Source: Octopus sinensis (lineage: Eukaryota). From it: a DNA stretch of 22,688 nucleotides. The stretch covers positions 1 through 22,688 of the forward strand of contig NW_021836780.1 of NCBI RefSeq assembly GCF_006345805.1. Direction: 5' to 3'. Under the pieces are notes generated by a model. The model searched no databases. It was given only the letters and a program-made list of their open reading frames with translations, and was not told the origin of the DNA. Both the position numbers and the translations under genes were made by a program. The first letter of the stretch is position 1, and every line of letters begins with the position of its first letter. Shown piece after piece: positions 21,869 through 22,688 of this stretch.

Positions 21869-22010
21869 AACAACAAACAAGATGAGGACAGATGTCCGTC
21901 AAATGTAAATAATTCCTCATCTCTCAAATATAGAACTGAAATATTGCAAGGTATCCGATCTAATTCTTACAGTTCTGCCAATCAGACCGTCTTGGTTTGA
22001 GCCTTTTATT

Positions 22011-22066
22011 TTTTATCGATCTCGAAAGGATGAAAAGTAAAAATTACTTTAGTGCAATTTGAACTC
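22011..22066 (-). mobile_element. SINE remnant, family C (Meta-domain-like)
   Basis: On -: B-box-like GAGTTCAAAT followed by CTTTTCATCCTTTCGAGATCGATAAAA, resembling the MetaSINE central motif (from memory). Confidence 0.6.
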
Positions 22067-22152
22067 AAAAAGCCGAGAGTTAAAGCAAATTCAAAGAAGC
22101 ATTAAATTTTCCTCTCAGTACGGTTTGAAAAATGAGCAAATAATAAACATGT

Positions 22153-22560
22153 AGGTGCAAGCGTGGCTGTGTGGTAAGAACTTTGATTCCGAGTTCAGTC
22201 CCACTGCGTGGAACCTTGGGCAAGTGTCTTCTACTATAGGTTCGGCCCAACCAAAGCCTTGTCAGTGGATTAAGTAGACGGAAACTGAAAGAATCTCATC
22301 AAAAAGAGATCCAAACTTACAGGGAAAAATCAGATTTAGGATTGAATCCAATTTATAGTAAAATATTATATTATATAAATTAGAGACAAAACCACTATTA
22401 TGCAAATCAAACAAAGAAAGACTTAATCCAATACATAAATTAATTTATATTATTTTGAAATTTAACAATTATTATATATATATATATATATATGTATGTA
22501 CATGTTTGTGTGTGATTGTGCCTGTGTTTATCCCTAACCACCAATTGATAACCGGTGTTA
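22153..22560 (+). mobile_element. SINE family A, interrupted by a ~170-bp AT-rich insert (22301-22473) and 3'-truncated
   Basis: Head 22153-22300 (TGGCTGTGTGGTAAG, GTTCAGTCCCACTGCGTGG, GACGGAAACTGAAAGAA). Resumes after (TA)n with TGTGTTTATCCC..TTGATAACCGGTG. Confidence 0.88.
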
Positions 22561-22604
22561 TATGTATAAAACATGGAAATGGATGTGTGACGTTTAATCA
22601 TATA

Positions 22605-22688
22605 TAATAATATAAATAATATATATAATATAATATAATATAATATAATATAATATAATATAATATAATATAATATAATATATATATA
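22605..22688. repeat. (TAATA)n pentanucleotide / AT microsatellite
   Basis: Directly visible. Confidence 0.95.

Larger units (their letters stand above)
21555..21937. mobile_element. Inverted composite element: tRNA-like Pol III head + (AAT)n + hammerhead-like motif, with a second oppositely oriented body
   Basis: 21556-21609 is an imperfect reverse complement of 21808-21861. A and B boxes lie on -. Flanked by GAAATATCGCCA (21543-21554) and GAAATATTGCAA (21938-21949). Confidence 0.8.

Noticed and set aside
22400-22407. Octamer ATGCAAAT
   Set aside because: A single 8-mer in an AT-rich insert, expected by chance.

Overview
This is eukaryotic, AT-rich, microsatellite-dense DNA with no recognisable intact host gene. 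The SINE families resemble octopus/cephalopod repeats (from memory, not searched). Main contents: (1) a ~50-copy 42-bp tandem array (1244-3338), then a CT tract, then a nearly full-length but disrupted CR1-type LINE (3873-7598) whose ORF1 carries a Myb/SANT-like helix motif and a CCCH zinc finger; (2) a fold-back mariner derivative (9245-10065); (3) a short RLE-type LINE fragment; (4) many tRNA-derived SINE copies from about three families; (5) the 3' end of an L1/Tx1-type LINE inserted at the edge of a (GATA)n tract with a candidate TSD; (6) a 383-bp inverted element (21555-21937) that couples a tRNA-like Pol III promoter to two oppositely oriented minimal hammerhead-ribozyme-like motifs and is bounded by a degenerate 12-bp TSD. 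Items 6 and 1 are the best candidates for something undescribed. Most ORFs in the supplied track are microsatellite artefacts.
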